Positions 1 to 10,262 of a DNA stretch of 64,000 nucleotides are shown here, piece after piece. The stretch comes from a bacterium (GTDB taxonomy: Bacteria; Joyebacterota; Joyebacteria; Joyebacterales; Joyebacteraceae). Made by a program: the position numbers and the translations under genes. Within the stretch, counting starts at the first letter, position 1; each line of letters starts with the position of its first letter. The stretch covers positions 96,845-160,844 of the forward strand of contig JAPEKQ010000002.1 in assembly GCA_029990205.1 (NCBI GenBank), in the 5' to 3' direction. Under the pieces are notes generated by a model. That model had not been told where the DNA came from, did no database searches, and saw nothing but the letters and a program-made list of their open reading frames with translations.

Positions 1-810
1 CTTGGCCTCGACGATGAGTCCGAGATGTTCGATGGCGAGGCGGAGTCGCTCGGCGAGCGTGGGTTCGGGCGGCACCTTCCCCGTGGCGATGAGGGCGGCT
101 GCGCGCGAGAAGAGCCACGGGTTCCCGACCGCGCCGCGTCCGATCATCACACCGTCGACTCCGGTCTCCTCGAGCATGCGGAGCGCGTCCTCGGGCGTCT
201 TCACGTCACCGCTCCCGATGACGGGGACCGAGCACGACCGCTTGACCTCCGGCAGGAGGCTCCAGTCGGACACGCCCTTGAACCCCTGCGAGCGCGTCCT
301 CGGATGGACCGTGATCGCGGCAACGCCAAGCTCGCCGAGCATTCCCGCGGCCTCGGGCGCGTTGATCGAGCACTCGTCCCACCCGCTCCGGATCTTGACG
401 GTGACCGGGAGCGTCGTCGACTCGATGACGGCCTGGACGACGTCGCGAAGAAGCTCGAGATCCTTCATGAGCGCGGCGCCCGACGTCGACTTAACGACCT
501 TCTTGACCGGACAGCCCGCGTTGACGTCGATGGCGTCGGGTTTCAGCGCCGCGGCGCGGCGCGTCGCCTCGGCCATCGACTCCGGGCGGCTCCCGAAGAG
601 CTGGAACGCGATCGGCCGCTCCTCCTCGTGGAACGCGAGAAGCTCGAACGTCTTCCAGCTGTTCCGGATGGCGCCCTCGGCGCTGACCATCTCGGTCCAG
701 ACCATGGACGCGCCGTTGCGCCGGCAGAGCCTGCGCATGGCGCTGTCGGTCAACCCGGCCAGGGGCGCGAGGACGAGCGGAGGATCGACGGAGATGTCTC
801 GAATCAGCAT
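1..810 (-). CDS. dus: tRNA-dihydrouridine synthase (partial; 3' end runs off the window start)
   Basis: Not in the supplied ORF track. My manual minus-strand translation from ATG 808-810 gives MLIRDISVDPPLVLAPLAGLTDSAMRRLCRRNGASMVWTEMVSAEG...DVNAGCPVKKVVKSTSGAALMKD...VHPRTRSQGFKG...GRGAVGNPWLF. This is the Dus FMN TIM-barrel signature, and the frame stays open to position 1. Confidence 0.85.
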   Translation of the reverse strand, partial: MLIRDISVDPPLVLAPLAGLTDSAMRRLCRRNGASMVWTEMVSAEGAIRNSWKTFELLAFHEEERPIAFQLFGSRPESMAEATRRAAALKPDAIDVNAGCPVKKVVKSTSGAALMKDLELLRDVVQAVIESTTLPVTVKIRSGWDECSINAPEAAGMLGELGVAAITVHPRTRSQGFKGVSDWSLLPEVKRSCSVPVIGSGDVKTPEDALRMLEETGVDGVMIGRGAVGNPWLFSRAAALIATGKVPPEPTLAERLRLAIEHLGLIVEAK

Positions 811-956
811 AAGTGGAGTATGGCGGGTCGTTTCGCGGCAGTCAAGAGAGCGGGGCGGAAGCCTCCGGCCTCCGCCCCGAATATCGTTCATTCCGCCACT
901 TCTGCGCCCTGGTGCTGACCGGGCGGTGGTTCGTCGATCTACTGCTCGCCGAGCGG

Positions 957-2567
957 CTACTCGTCGACCTGCTCGCCCTCGGCCGCAACGTAGTCCTCGG
1001 CCAGCGTGAAGAGATCGTCCAGGTCGGTCGCCTGCATGGTCAGGGCGACGGTCCGGCTGAGCTGCGTGTCACCGGCGATGGCGACCTCGTAGGCGCGCTC
1101 GCGACCCCAGAGCTTCCGCGCCAGGTCCCGTCGCATCGAGAGCTCGATCTCGTCGCGAACCCCCGAGAGCTCGTCGCGCGTGAATTCGAACTCATCCTCC
1201 TCGAGAAACGTGAGGAACTCATCCCACATCTCATCGGTGACCTCGATGTCCGGCCCGGCGATCTCGTGGTCGCTCAGGTACTGGATGGCGAACTCGAAGA
1301 ACTCCTCCCGACGTTCGAGGTCGACCGTGACATCGGACCGGCGACCGCCCTCGATGGTGACATCGGGGTTCACGCCGCCGCCGCCATAGACGATCCGGCC
1401 GCCGGCCGTGCGGAACTCCGGCTTGGCCTCTTCGACCTCCACGTCCTCACCGTCGGTCCCCTCGGCATCAGCGAGCTCTTCGGTCTCCCAGCGTTCGGGC
1501 TTCTCGATCAGACGGCCGCTCGACGTATACCACTTCGCGGTCGTCAGCTTGACCGCGCACTCCTTCGTGAGCGGTCTCAGCCGCATCAGCGTCTGCACCG
1601 AGCCCTTGCCGAAACTCGTCGTCCCGGCAACGATGCCGCGGTCCCAGTCCTGGATGGCTCCCGCGAGGATCTCGGACGCGCTGGCGCTGCCGCCGTTGAC
1701 AAGCACCACGATCGGGAAGTCGCGCGAGTATCTGGCCGGCGTGCTCGCGTAGAACCCCTTGTTCTGCTCCTTGACCCGGCCGCGCGTGCTCACCACGAGC
1801 TCACCGGTGTCGAGGAACACGTTGCTGACATCGACCGCCTCGGACAGAAGACCGCCGGGATTGCTCCTCAGGTCGACGACGAGACCGCGCATGCCCTGCG
1901 CGTCGAGCTCATCGAGCTGGTCCTCGAGCTCCGTGGCCGTCGTCCGCGAGAACCGGGAGATCCTGACGTAGCCGATATCGTCGTCCATGAGGAATGCGTA
2001 CGGGACGCTGTCGATGCGGATGATGTCGCGGGTGACCGTGTACTCGAGGTTCTCATCAAGACCCTCGCGGTAGATGGTGATGTTGACCTTCGTGCCGGGC
2101 TCGCCCCGCAGCTTCAGGATGGCCTGGTCGGTCGTGATGCCGCGCGTCGTCTCGCCCTCAATGGCGATGATGCGGTCACCGGACTGGATGCCGAGATCGT
2201 ACGCCGGCGTTCCCTCGATGGGACTGACAACCGTCAGGACACCGTCGCGCGCCGTGATCTGGATCCCCAGCCCGCCGAACTCACCCTCGGTCTGCACCTG
2301 GAAATCGGTGAACGACTCCTCGTCGAGGAACACCGAGTAGGGGTCGAGACTGCTGAGCATGCCCCGGATGGCCCCGTACATCAGTTCCTTCGCGTCCGGC
2401 TCCTCGACGTAGACGTGCTCGACCTTCGCGAGCGCGTCATTGAAGAGATCGAGATAGGTGTAGAGGTCGTTCCGCGCGCTGACGCGTTCAACGACGAATC
2501 CGCCGAGCAGCGCGCCGACGACCAGCGCCGTGACAATGGGTGTGAGCCTTCTGAATCGTCTGGTCAT
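957..2567 (-). CDS. ctpA: S41 family C-terminal processing (tail-specific) protease with PDZ domain
   Basis: 536-aa ORF with an N-terminal membrane anchor and a PDZ-like GIQSGDRIIAIEG. S41 core: LVVDLRSNPGGLL and VVLVNGGSASASEILAGA...FGKGSVQ. SD GAGGAAGG lies 5 nt before the ATG. Confidence 0.9.
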   Translation of the reverse strand: MTRRFRRLTPIVTALVVGALLGGFVVERVSARNDLYTYLDLFNDALAKVEHVYVEEPDAKELMYGAIRGMLSSLDPYSVFLDEESFTDFQVQTEGEFGGLGIQITARDGVLTVVSPIEGTPAYDLGIQSGDRIIAIEGETTRGITTDQAILKLRGEPGTKVNITIYREGLDENLEYTVTRDIIRIDSVPYAFLMDDDIGYVRISRFSRTTATELEDQLDELDAQGMRGLVVDLRSNPGGLLSEAVDVSNVFLDTGELVVSTRGRVKEQNKGFYASTPARYSRDFPIVVLVNGGSASASEILAGAIQDWDRGIVAGTTSFGKGSVQTLMRLRPLTKECAVKLTTAKWYTSSGRLIEKPERWETEELADAEGTDGEDVEVEEAKPEFRTAGGRIVYGGGGVNPDVTIEGGRRSDVTVDLERREEFFEFAIQYLSDHEIAGPDIEVTDEMWDEFLTFLEEDEFEFTRDELSGVRDEIELSMRRDLARKLWGRERAYEVAIAGDTQLSRTVALTMQATDLDDLFTLAEDYVAAEGEQVDE

Positions 2568-2578
2568 GGGTGCCTTCC

Positions 2579-3232
2579 TCAGTTGTCGTCGCCGGAGGAC
2601 GTCAGTCGCTCCTCGAGGATCACCGGGATCTTCCTGGCGATCGTCTCGACGTCCTCGCCGGCGTCGATGACCACGAACCGCTCGGGCTCGCGCTCCGCTT
2701 CGGCGAGGTATGCTTCGCGGACCCTCTGATGGAACTCGATGGTCTCGCGTTCTATGCGGTCGCGCGTCCCTCCGCTTGCTCTTCCGTCGAGACGCGTGAG
2801 ACCCTCCTCGGGATCCAGGTCCATCAGGAAGGTCACATCTGGTTTGACGCTCCTGGTGGCCACTTGGTTCAACGAGCGGACGAGATCGGCCCCAAGGCGC
2901 CTGCCGCCACCCTGATATGCCACGCTCGCGTCGGCATAGCGGTCCGATATCACAACCGAGCCGCGCTCAATCGCCGGCACGATGACCTCGGCCGTGTGTT
3001 CGGCTCGCGACGCGAGATAGAGGAAGAGCTCGGTCTCGGCGACCATCGAACCGCCGACATCGAGCAGCGCGTCGCGGAGACGCTCCCCGAGCAGTGTCCC
3101 GCCCGGCTCACGGGTCAGAACGACCTCGTACCCTCGCTCTCGAAGCCACGTCACGAGGCGTTCAGCCTGCGTCGACTTCCCGCAGCCTTCAACACCCTCG
3201 AACGTGATGAAGAGTCCCCGGTTCGAGCTCAC
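2579..3232 (-). CDS. tmk: thymidylate (dTMP) kinase
   Basis: P-loop GLFITFEGVEGCGKSTQ plus VISDRYADASVAYQG. I prefer the GTG start at 3232 (GGAGG-aacga-GTG) over the track start at 3271, because a terminator-like hairpin occupies 3260-3279. Confidence 0.88.
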   Translation of the reverse strand: MSSNRGLFITFEGVEGCGKSTQAERLVTWLRERGYEVVLTREPGGTLLGERLRDALLDVGGSMVAETELFLYLASRAEHTAEVIVPAIERGSVVISDRYADASVAYQGGGRRLGADLVRSLNQVATRSVKPDVTFLMDLDPEEGLTRLDGRASGGTRDRIERETIEFHQRVREAYLAEAEREPERFVVIDAGEDVETIARKIPVILEERLTSSGDDN

Positions 3233-3248
3233 TCGTTCCTCCTCGGGT

Positions 3249-3279
3249 GAAGCAACGCAGGCCGGGGTCACCCCCGGCC
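3249..3279 (-). terminator. hairpin after ino1 (GGCCGGGG-gtga-CCCCGGCC followed by UGCGUUGCUU)
   Basis: 8-bp GC stem with a 4-nt loop at 3260-3279. The downstream tract is only moderately U-rich. Confidence 0.45.
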
Positions 3280-3340
3280 CGCGGTCGGTTCATGGTCTCT
3301 GCGCCGAGATGCGCGCCTGCAACAGCTCAGTCCGGCGCGC

Positions 3341-4444
3341 CTACTTCTTCGGCTTCGCGGGCTTCTGCGCGTGCTTCCGGATGTACGTCTCGGTCTTCTC
3401 CCGCGCCTCGTAATCCGTGTACTGGTTGGGCGGCGACTTGAAGAAGTACGAGGACGGCGCGTCGACCGCTCCGGAGAGCCCGTGGTCGAGCGCGAGCTTG
3501 CAGCAGCGCACGGCGTCGATCATCACGCCGGCCGAGTTCGGCGAGTCCCAGACCTCGAGCTTGAGCTCGGCGTTCAGCGGCACGTCGCCGAACGTACGAC
3601 CTTCCATCCGGACGTACGCCCACTTGCGGTCCGTCAGCCATGCGACGTAGTCCGACGGTCCGATGTGGACGTTGTCGGCGCCGATGTCGTAGTCGAGCTG
3701 CGAGGTGACGGCGTTGGTCTTCGAGATCTTCTTCGACTCGAGCCTCGAACGCTCGAGCATGTTGAGGAAGTCCGTGTTGCCTCCGACGTTGAGCTGGCTG
3801 GTCCGCTCGAGCCTGACACCGCGCTCGCGGAAGAGCGTCGTGAGAACGCGGTGAACGATGGTCGCGCCGACCTGCGACTTGATGTCGTCACCCATCACCG
3901 GCAGCCCCTTCTTCTCAAACCGCTGCTGCCAGTAGCGCTCACGCGCGATGAAGACGGGGATGCCGTTGACGAACCCGCAGCCCGCCTCGAGGATCTGCTC
4001 GACGTACCACTTGGTCGCCTCTTCGCTGCCCACCGGCAGGAAGCTCAGAACGACGTCGGTCTTCGTCTCCTTGAGGAGCCCGACGATGTCGTCCGTCGGC
4101 CCGGGCGCCTTCTCAATGACCTCGCTGAGGTACTTGCCCAGCCCGTCGTGCGTCATGCCGCGCGCCACCTTGACCCCGAGCTTCGGAACATCGGAGAACT
4201 TGTAGGTGTTGTTCGGCTTCGTGAAGATGGCCTCGGAGATGTCCTTCCCCACCTTGTTCTTGTCGATGTCGATCGCGGCGGAGATCTCCACGTCGCTGAT
4301 GTGGTAGCCACCGAGATTGACGTGCATCAGACCCGGCACGAACTCGTCGTCCGACGCGTTCTTGTAGAACTCGAGGCCCTGCACGAGCGACGAGCAGCAG
4401 TTGCCGATGCCGATGATAGCTACTCTGACCTTCTTCTTCCCCAT
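3341..4444 (-). CDS. ino1: myo-inositol-1-phosphate (inositol-3-phosphate) synthase
   Basis: 367-aa ORF. Rossmann N-terminus [19 protein letters not shown]. Overall length and sequence resemble the short bacterial/archaeal MIPS family. Confidence 0.88.
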   Translation of the reverse strand: MGKKKVRVAIIGIGNCCSSLVQGLEFYKNASDDEFVPGLMHVNLGGYHISDVEISAAIDIDKNKVGKDISEAIFTKPNNTYKFSDVPKLGVKVARGMTHDGLGKYLSEVIEKAPGPTDDIVGLLKETKTDVVLSFLPVGSEEATKWYVEQILEAGCGFVNGIPVFIARERYWQQRFEKKGLPVMGDDIKSQVGATIVHRVLTTLFRERGVRLERTSQLNVGGNTDFLNMLERSRLESKKISKTNAVTSQLDYDIGADNVHIGPSDYVAWLTDRKWAYVRMEGRTFGDVPLNAELKLEVWDSPNSAGVMIDAVRCCKLALDHGLSGAVDAPSSYFFKSPPNQYTDYEAREKTETYIRKHAQKPAKPKK

Positions 4445-4450
4445 CGAAGG

Positions 4451-5074
4451 TTACCCCCGGAAGTTGTCCCGCGGAGGATTGCCGTGCGACAGTGTGCGCA
4501 CGACGTGATGAATCCTCTGCGCGGCTGTGATGTGAGACAGTATCGCCAGAATCCAGAGCACGATCCTGAACACCGCCGGGCCAAGAAGCGTTCCGATGAT
4601 GATCAGGATGAGCCGTTCGGGGCGCTCGGCGATGCCGACCTGGCATTCGACTCCGATGGCCTCCGCGCGGGCTCGCGTGTAGCTCACGAGGAGCGAGCCG
4701 CCAAGAGCGATGAAGATGACCGCCGCGGTCACCGGCTCCGGCACGACACCGGGACCGGCAAGGTAATACACGAGCGCTCCGAGAAGCACGGCGAGTTCCG
4801 AGTACCGGTCGAGCGTCGAGTCGAGGAACGCGCCGGTGCGCGTCCCGCCCTCGCCCGCCCGGGCCACGGCCCCGTCGGTCATGTCGCAGAGCCCGCCAAG
4901 GAGCACCAGAACCCCCGCCGCGAAGAAGTGTCCTCGCGCCAGCGCGACGCCGGCGATCATCGAGATGCCAAGACCGACGACCGTGATGGCCGTCGGCGAT
5001 ATCCCGAGGTCCGCCGCGAACCGCGCGACAGGATCCAGAAGCTCCCGAGCCTTCGTCTTCAGACCAACCGTCAT
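4451..5074 (-). CDS. CDP-alcohol phosphatidyltransferase (candidate phosphatidylinositol-phosphate synthase)
   Basis: DGAVARAGEGGTRTGAFLDSTLD matches D-G-x2-A-R-x8-G-x3-D-x3-D exactly. The protein is polytopic and hydrophobic. Its stop lies 6 nt upstream of the ino1 ATG. Start placed at ATG 5074 (MTVGLKTKAREL). Confidence 0.85.
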   Translation of the reverse strand: MTVGLKTKARELLDPVARFAADLGISPTAITVVGLGISMIAGVALARGHFFAAGVLVLLGGLCDMTDGAVARAGEGGTRTGAFLDSTLDRYSELAVLLGALVYYLAGPGVVPEPVTAAVIFIALGGSLLVSYTRARAEAIGVECQVGIAERPERLILIIIGTLLGPAVFRIVLWILAILSHITAAQRIHHVVRTLSHGNPPRDNFRG

Positions 5075-5221
5075 GGTTCCTTCACCGTTCCCGCGGTCAC
5101 GATGCTGCATCCTCCCCGCGAAACAGGGCAGTTTAGCACCGGGCGCTCGGTGGTGTCAATGGCTCGGAGCGCGGTCGTCCGGGTGTCGGCCGGGGATTCC
5201 CGGTCCCGGCGGCGGAGGGTC

Positions 5222-7063
5222 TCATCGCCCCCGAACTCTCCTGCGGTTGGCAAGAAGCACGGTGTCGCGCAGCGCCTGTTCGCTCGTCGCCGCCATCCAG
5301 CGCTCGCTGAAGTCGGCGCCGCTGACGACCTGCGCGATTGCCGAGAGCGCCCACAGGTGAAGACTCCGCTCGTCCCCCGAACCGACCAGGACGAACGCGA
5401 TGTGAACGGGAGACGACTCCTCGGACAACGTGATGCCTTCACGGGATCGAGCCAGAAGGATGCCGAAGGCCCTCTCGCCGTCGATGACCACGTGCGGAAT
5501 GGCCAGTCCCGGAGCCAGCACCGTGGTGCTCTCCCGCTCCCTCGCGCGGAGCGCGTCCGCCAGAGCCGACGCGCTCACTCCCACCTGCGGCGCCAGCGCG
5601 CTGGAAACGGTGTCGAAGAACTCCTCTGATGACATCGTGCCCTCGATATCGAGGACGAGGCAGTCCTCGATGAGCCGGTCGAAACGATCCCGGACGATCC
5701 CGTCCCGCTCACGGATAATGTCCTTGAGTTCCGCATCGAGCGATCCGGTCACGAGTTCTTTGGCCGCGATCCTGTGGATCACGTGGAGCAGGGCGGACTC
5801 CTTGCCCGGTACTGACCTTCCGTAGAACCAGTACACGCAGAACCCGGCGAAGACCAGCGCGGCGACCGTGGCGAACGACCCCTCGCCCATCTCCAGCATG
5901 ACGAACAGGATACCCACCAGTCCGATCACCTGCACCCACGGGTAGCCGGGGGCGCGGAACTTCGGGCGGTAGTTATGGAGACCGCTCTCCCTCAGAACGA
6001 TGACGGCCGCGTTCGCGAGAACATACGTCATCAGGAACACGACCGAGGCGGCCTGAACCAGGGCGTCCAGCCTCACGAGGAGCGCTGCGGCCACGAGTCC
6101 TCCGGTGACCAGAAGCGAAACGTGCGGGGTCTGGAATCTCGCACCGACCCGTCCGAGCGGCTGCGGCACCAGCCCGTCGCGCCCGAGGGCGAGCAGGTAC
6201 CTGGAGGCCGCCATGATCCCCCCGTTCGCCGTGGTCAGGAAGGCGAGGAGCGCGGCGATACTGAGCGCCATCCTCCCCCCGGCCCCCATGAACGCCGCCG
6301 CCCCGTCGGAGATCGGCGTGAGTGATCCGTCGAGCAGCTCAGAACTCAACACCCCGCTGGTGATGAGCACGATGAGAACGTAGGCGACGCCTGTCACCGC
6401 GAGCGACGCGATCATGGCGCGCGGGATGACGCGCCCCGGGTCCTCAACCTCCTCCGCGATGCTCGCGACCTTGAGAAGCCCTCCGTACGATACGAACACG
6501 AAGCCGGACGTCGCGAGGACGGCCCGGAGCCCTCCCGGCGCGAACGGCCGCAGATTCGCCATCTCGATCGCCGGAAGCCCTCGGAAGACATAGGCCGCCA
6601 TCAGCGCGAGCAGCGCACAGACGAGGACGACCTGGAGCCTCGCGGCCTCTCTGGCGCCGAGCAGGTTCATCCCGACGAAGAACACACAGAACGCCCCACC
6701 GACGAGGCGCGGATCGATCGGAACGACGAGTTGGGCGAATGCGGCCAGGCCGACGAGCGCGAACGCGCTCTTGAGGGAGAGAGAGAACCAGGTCAGCAGT
6801 CCGGCGATGGTCCCGGCGGCCGCCCCCATGCTTCGCGACACGAAGAAGTAGTCGGCTCCGGCCTTCGGCATGGCGGTCGTGAGCTCGGCCATGCTGAGAA
6901 GACCGGTCGCGGCAAGGAGCCCGGCGAGAAGGTAGGATACGATGACGGCGGGACCCGCTCGTGCGTGCGCCAGGCCGGGCAGCACGAACACACCCGAGCT
7001 GATCATGGCTCCCGTCGCTATGCTGAAGACGTGGACGAAGCGGAGGTTCTTCTTGAGTCTCAT
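5222..7063 (-). CDS. APC-family amino-acid permease fused to a C-terminal PTS EIIA(Ntr/Fru)-type domain
   Basis: N-terminus FSIATGAMISSGVFVLPG, with about 12 hydrophobic segments. The C-terminal roughly 150 aa carry GLAIPHVVIDG, the EIIA type-2 phospho-His motif. Start at ATG 7063 with GGGAGGAG upstream. Confidence 0.8.
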   Translation of the reverse strand: MRLKKNLRFVHVFSIATGAMISSGVFVLPGLAHARAGPAVIVSYLLAGLLAATGLLSMAELTTAMPKAGADYFFVSRSMGAAAGTIAGLLTWFSLSLKSAFALVGLAAFAQLVVPIDPRLVGGAFCVFFVGMNLLGAREAARLQVVLVCALLALMAAYVFRGLPAIEMANLRPFAPGGLRAVLATSGFVFVSYGGLLKVASIAEEVEDPGRVIPRAMIASLAVTGVAYVLIVLITSGVLSSELLDGSLTPISDGAAAFMGAGGRMALSIAALLAFLTTANGGIMAASRYLLALGRDGLVPQPLGRVGARFQTPHVSLLVTGGLVAAALLVRLDALVQAASVVFLMTYVLANAAVIVLRESGLHNYRPKFRAPGYPWVQVIGLVGILFVMLEMGEGSFATVAALVFAGFCVYWFYGRSVPGKESALLHVIHRIAAKELVTGSLDAELKDIIRERDGIVRDRFDRLIEDCLVLDIEGTMSSEEFFDTVSSALAPQVGVSASALADALRARERESTTVLAPGLAIPHVVIDGERAFGILLARSREGITLSEESSPVHIAFVLVGSGDERSLHLWALSAIAQVVSGADFSERWMAATSEQALRDTVLLANRRRVRGR

Positions 7064-7103
7064 GGCTCCTCCCGCGTTCCTCCAGACATCAGGCCGCTCT
7101 CGC

Positions 7104-7799
7104 TCAGGACGCGCCCGCGACCAGAACGACGATCTCACCCTTCGGCTTGCTCTCGGCGTACCGGGCGGCCAGTTCGGACAGCGACCCGCGGACGAACTCC
7201 TCGTGGACCTTGGTCAGCTCCCTCGCCACGACGGCCTGCCGGTCTCCGAGGACGTCGGCCATGGCGGCCAGCGTCTTCGCGAGCCTGTGGGGCGACTCGT
7301 AGAAGACAAGCGTGCACTCGAGGGTCGAGAGCTCCGTGAGACGCGTTCGCCTCGCTCCGTCCTTCCGGGACAGGAAACCGGCGAAGTGGAACGGCTGAGG
7401 CGGCAGCCCGGCGGCGGAGAGCGCCGCCGTCACGGCGGACGGTCCCGGGACGGGCACGACGCGGATGCCCTCGCGCACGGCGAGCTCGACAAGCCGATAC
7501 CCCGGGTCGGAGACCAGCGGCGTCCCGGCGTCGGAGACCAGCGCGATCGTGTCCCCGGCGAGGAGACGTTCGACGAGCCGCGAGGCCGCACGCTCCTCGT
7601 TGTGCTCGTGGTACGCGATGAGTGGTCGCCTGATGTCGTAGCGCTTCACGAGGGTGCGCGTGCGCCGCGTGTCCTCCGACGCGATGGCGTCAACGGCCTT
7701 CAGCGTCTCGATCGCGCGGAACGTCACGTCATCGAGATTCCCGAGCGGCGTCGCGATGACGTAGAGCGTCCCCGGCTCATGTCCGCCGGTCTCGCTCAT
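7104..7799 (-). CDS. rsmI: 16S rRNA (cytidine1402-2'-O)-methyltransferase
   Basis: LYVIATPLGNLDDVTFRAIETLKAVDAIASEDTRRT (tetrapyrrole-methylase fold, RsmI N-terminus). ATG 7797-7799 lies 1 nt after the recJ stop. Confidence 0.88.
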   Translation of the reverse strand: MSETGGHEPGTLYVIATPLGNLDDVTFRAIETLKAVDAIASEDTRRTRTLVKRYDIRRPLIAYHEHNEERAASRLVERLLAGDTIALVSDAGTPLVSDPGYRLVELAVREGIRVVPVPGPSAVTAALSAAGLPPQPFHFAGFLSRKDGARRTRLTELSTLECTLVFYESPHRLAKTLAAMADVLGDRQAVVARELTKVHEEFVRGSLSELAARYAESKPKGEIVVLVAGAS

Positions 7800-7800
7800 C

Positions 7801-9495
7801 TCATGCCTCCCCCGGAGCGGCGTCTGCAGCATGTCCGGCGCCGGTCGGCGCACGGTCGACCTCGCTCGCGAAGAGGACGTCGTCCGCGACGCTCAGGCGG
7901 TAGAACAGGTCCACTGGACCATCGGCGACACGCATCGGTGTCCGGAACCTCAGGCCGTTCTGCTCGGCCGCGGCCACGGTCTCGCGGGTCACGCCCCTCG
8001 AGAGCAGCACGGGACGACCCCACCCCTGACCGAACGGCGCGAACGCGGCCAGCTCGGCGGCCGTCTTCACGTTCGCGTCGGTCAACGCGAGCTCGGCATC
8101 GACGCCGCGGGGAACCGGGACCGGCGGGTGCTCGGTCGCGTGCGCCACCATACGGGCGCGGAACTCGTCCAGACGGTCGCTCTCGATCGAGAACCCGGCC
8201 GCGCGGGGATGCCCTCCGTAGCCGAGGAACAGCTCCCCCATCGACTGGAACGCCACGACGAAGTTGTACCCGGCGGGGCCGCGAGCCTCCGCGTGCGCCT
8301 CGCCGTTCTTCTTCATGATGAGAAGACACGGCTTGCCGGTCTTCTCCGCGAGTCTCGAGGTCGCGCTCCCCATCACCTCGATGGGAACTCCGGCCTCGAC
8401 GATCAGCACGGGGCTGTCGGCGGGAAGCTCGCTCGCCGCCCGCTCGACGATCTTCCACGCGCGGTTCGCCGTGCTCCGCCACTCCTGCCGCGCTCCGGCC
8501 AGCTCGCGCGCGATCGAGGCGGCCTCCTCGGGATCCTCCGCCGCGAGCATCTCGTAGGCGCGGTTGGTTCCCATCCCGTCGGAGACCCGTCCGAAGATCG
8601 AGCCCATGTTCTCCTGGACGTCGTCGTAGCTGACCGCGCGCCCGGCGAGATTCGACGCCTCGAGCAGCGCCCTCAGCCCCGGACGCACCGTGTCAGGGAG
8701 TACGCGGAGCCCTTCGACAATGAGAATCCGGTTGACGCCGGTCACCGGCACCCGGTCCGCGATGGAACCGATGGCCGCGAGCGCAAGCGCCTCGTCCGCC
8801 CAGCGCTCTCCGCCCCACGGCGGAGCGGCAGCGGCCCGGAGATCGGCCAGTTCCTCGAGCAGGTGTCCCGCCAGAAGCCACGCGAGACCGGCGCCGGCCA
8901 GATACCGGTACGGGTACTTCGAGTCCGGAAGCTTCGCGTTGATGATGGCGACCGCCGCCGGGAGTCGGGGCGGTATCTCATGATGGTCGGTGACGATGAC
9001 GTCCATGCCGAGCGACGCCGCGTGCGCGATGTTGTCGACCTCGCTCACGCAGGAATCGACCGTGATGAGGAGCGTCGTCCCCGACGCCGCCAGCCCGTCG
9101 AGCTCCACGGTGTTCAGACCGTGTCCCTCGGTCCGCCGGTCGGGTATGTAGACGCCGACCTCTCCACCAAGCTCCCTGAGCGCATCGACCATCGCGATCG
9201 CGGCCGTCACACCGTCGGCGTCGTCGTGCCCGTGGACGGTCATGCGTTCGCCGCCCTCGAGCGCCCGCCTGACCCGAGCGACCATCCTGTCCACGTCCGG
9301 GAGCAACCGGACGTCCGGCAGGTCGCGGAGGTCCGGGTCGAGAAGCTCCCGCGCCTCGTCGGCCGAGCCGACACCCCGGCGCGCGAGGGCCTCCGCGGTG
9401 GCCTCAGTGAGGTCGGCCGACCTCTGGATCCCATTGACGAGATCAGGGTCGGCCGGCTCAATGCTCCATCGGTAGCGAGCACCATCAATGAGCAT
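7801..9495 (-). CDS. recJ: single-stranded-DNA-specific exonuclease RecJ
   Basis: DHH motifs VHGHDDADGVTAAIAM and VIVTDHHEIP, plus DHHA1-like GYGGHPRAAGFS. Its ATG overlaps the stomatin stop (TGATG). Confidence 0.9.
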   Translation of the reverse strand: MLIDGARYRWSIEPADPDLVNGIQRSADLTEATAEALARRGVGSADEARELLDPDLRDLPDVRLLPDVDRMVARVRRALEGGERMTVHGHDDADGVTAAIAMVDALRELGGEVGVYIPDRRTEGHGLNTVELDGLAASGTTLLITVDSCVSEVDNIAHAASLGMDVIVTDHHEIPPRLPAAVAIINAKLPDSKYPYRYLAGAGLAWLLAGHLLEELADLRAAAAPPWGGERWADEALALAAIGSIADRVPVTGVNRILIVEGLRVLPDTVRPGLRALLEASNLAGRAVSYDDVQENMGSIFGRVSDGMGTNRAYEMLAAEDPEEAASIARELAGARQEWRSTANRAWKIVERAASELPADSPVLIVEAGVPIEVMGSATSRLAEKTGKPCLLIMKKNGEAHAEARGPAGYNFVVAFQSMGELFLGYGGHPRAAGFSIESDRLDEFRARMVAHATEHPPVPVPRGVDAELALTDANVKTAAELAAFAPFGQGWGRPVLLSRGVTRETVAAAEQNGLRFRTPMRVADGPVDLFYRLSVADDVLFASEVDRAPTGAGHAADAAPGEA

Positions 9496-10247
9496 CAAGA
9501 GCCCTTTCCGAACATGTCAATGAGCCCCTTCATGAGATCGATCGGGACCGGGAAGATGATCGTCGAGTTCTTCTCGACCGAGATCTCCGTCAGTGTCTGG
9601 AGATACCTCAGCTGGAGCGATGCGGGCTCGCTGGCGAGCACCCTGGCCGCTCCGGAGAGCTTCTCCGAGGCCTGCATCTCGCCCTCGGCGTGGATGATCT
9701 TGGCGCGACGCTCACGCTCGGCCTCGGCCTGACGCGCGATCGCACGCTGCATCGTGTCCGGAAGGTCGACGTGCTTGACCTCGACCGCCGAGACCTTGAT
9801 GCCCCAGCTGTCGGTCTGCTTGTCGAGGATGGACTGGAGCTCCTGGTTGATCTTCTCACGCGCAGAGAGCAGCTCATCGAGCTCCGCGCCACCGATGACG
9901 CTCCGCAGTGTCGTCTGCGCGAGCTGTGACGTGGCGTAGTGGTAGTCCTGAACCTCGACGATGGCCTTGTTGGGGTCGAACACGCGGTAGTAGACGACCG
10001 CGTTGACCTTCACCGAGACGTTGTCCTTCGTCACGACGTCCTGCGATGGTACGTCCATCGCGATGATCCGCAGGCTCACGCGCATCAGCCGGTCGATGAA
10101 CGGGATGATGAGGATGAGACCCGGACCGCGTGAGTCGACCAGACGGCCGAGGCGGAAGACCACACCGCGCTCGTATTCCTTGAGGATGTAGACCGCTTTC
10201 GCGACGAGCACGAGAGCGACCAGGATGATCACTATGACTCCGCTCAT
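9495..10247 (-). CDS. SPFH/band-7 stomatin-like protein
   Basis: N-terminal TM segment, then [11 protein letters not shown]...IPFIDRL...TKDNV...VYYRV and [21 protein letters not shown]. Confidence 0.9.
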   Translation of the reverse strand: MSGVIVIILVALVLVAKAVYILKEYERGVVFRLGRLVDSRGPGLILIIPFIDRLMRVSLRIIAMDVPSQDVVTKDNVSVKVNAVVYYRVFDPNKAIVEVQDYHYATSQLAQTTLRSVIGGAELDELLSAREKINQELQSILDKQTDSWGIKVSAVEVKHVDLPDTMQRAIARQAEAERERRAKIIHAEGEMQASEKLSGAARVLASEPASLQLRYLQTLTEISVEKNSTIIFPVPIDLMKGLIDMFGKGS

Positions 10248-10262
10248 GGTGAAGCCTCCCTG

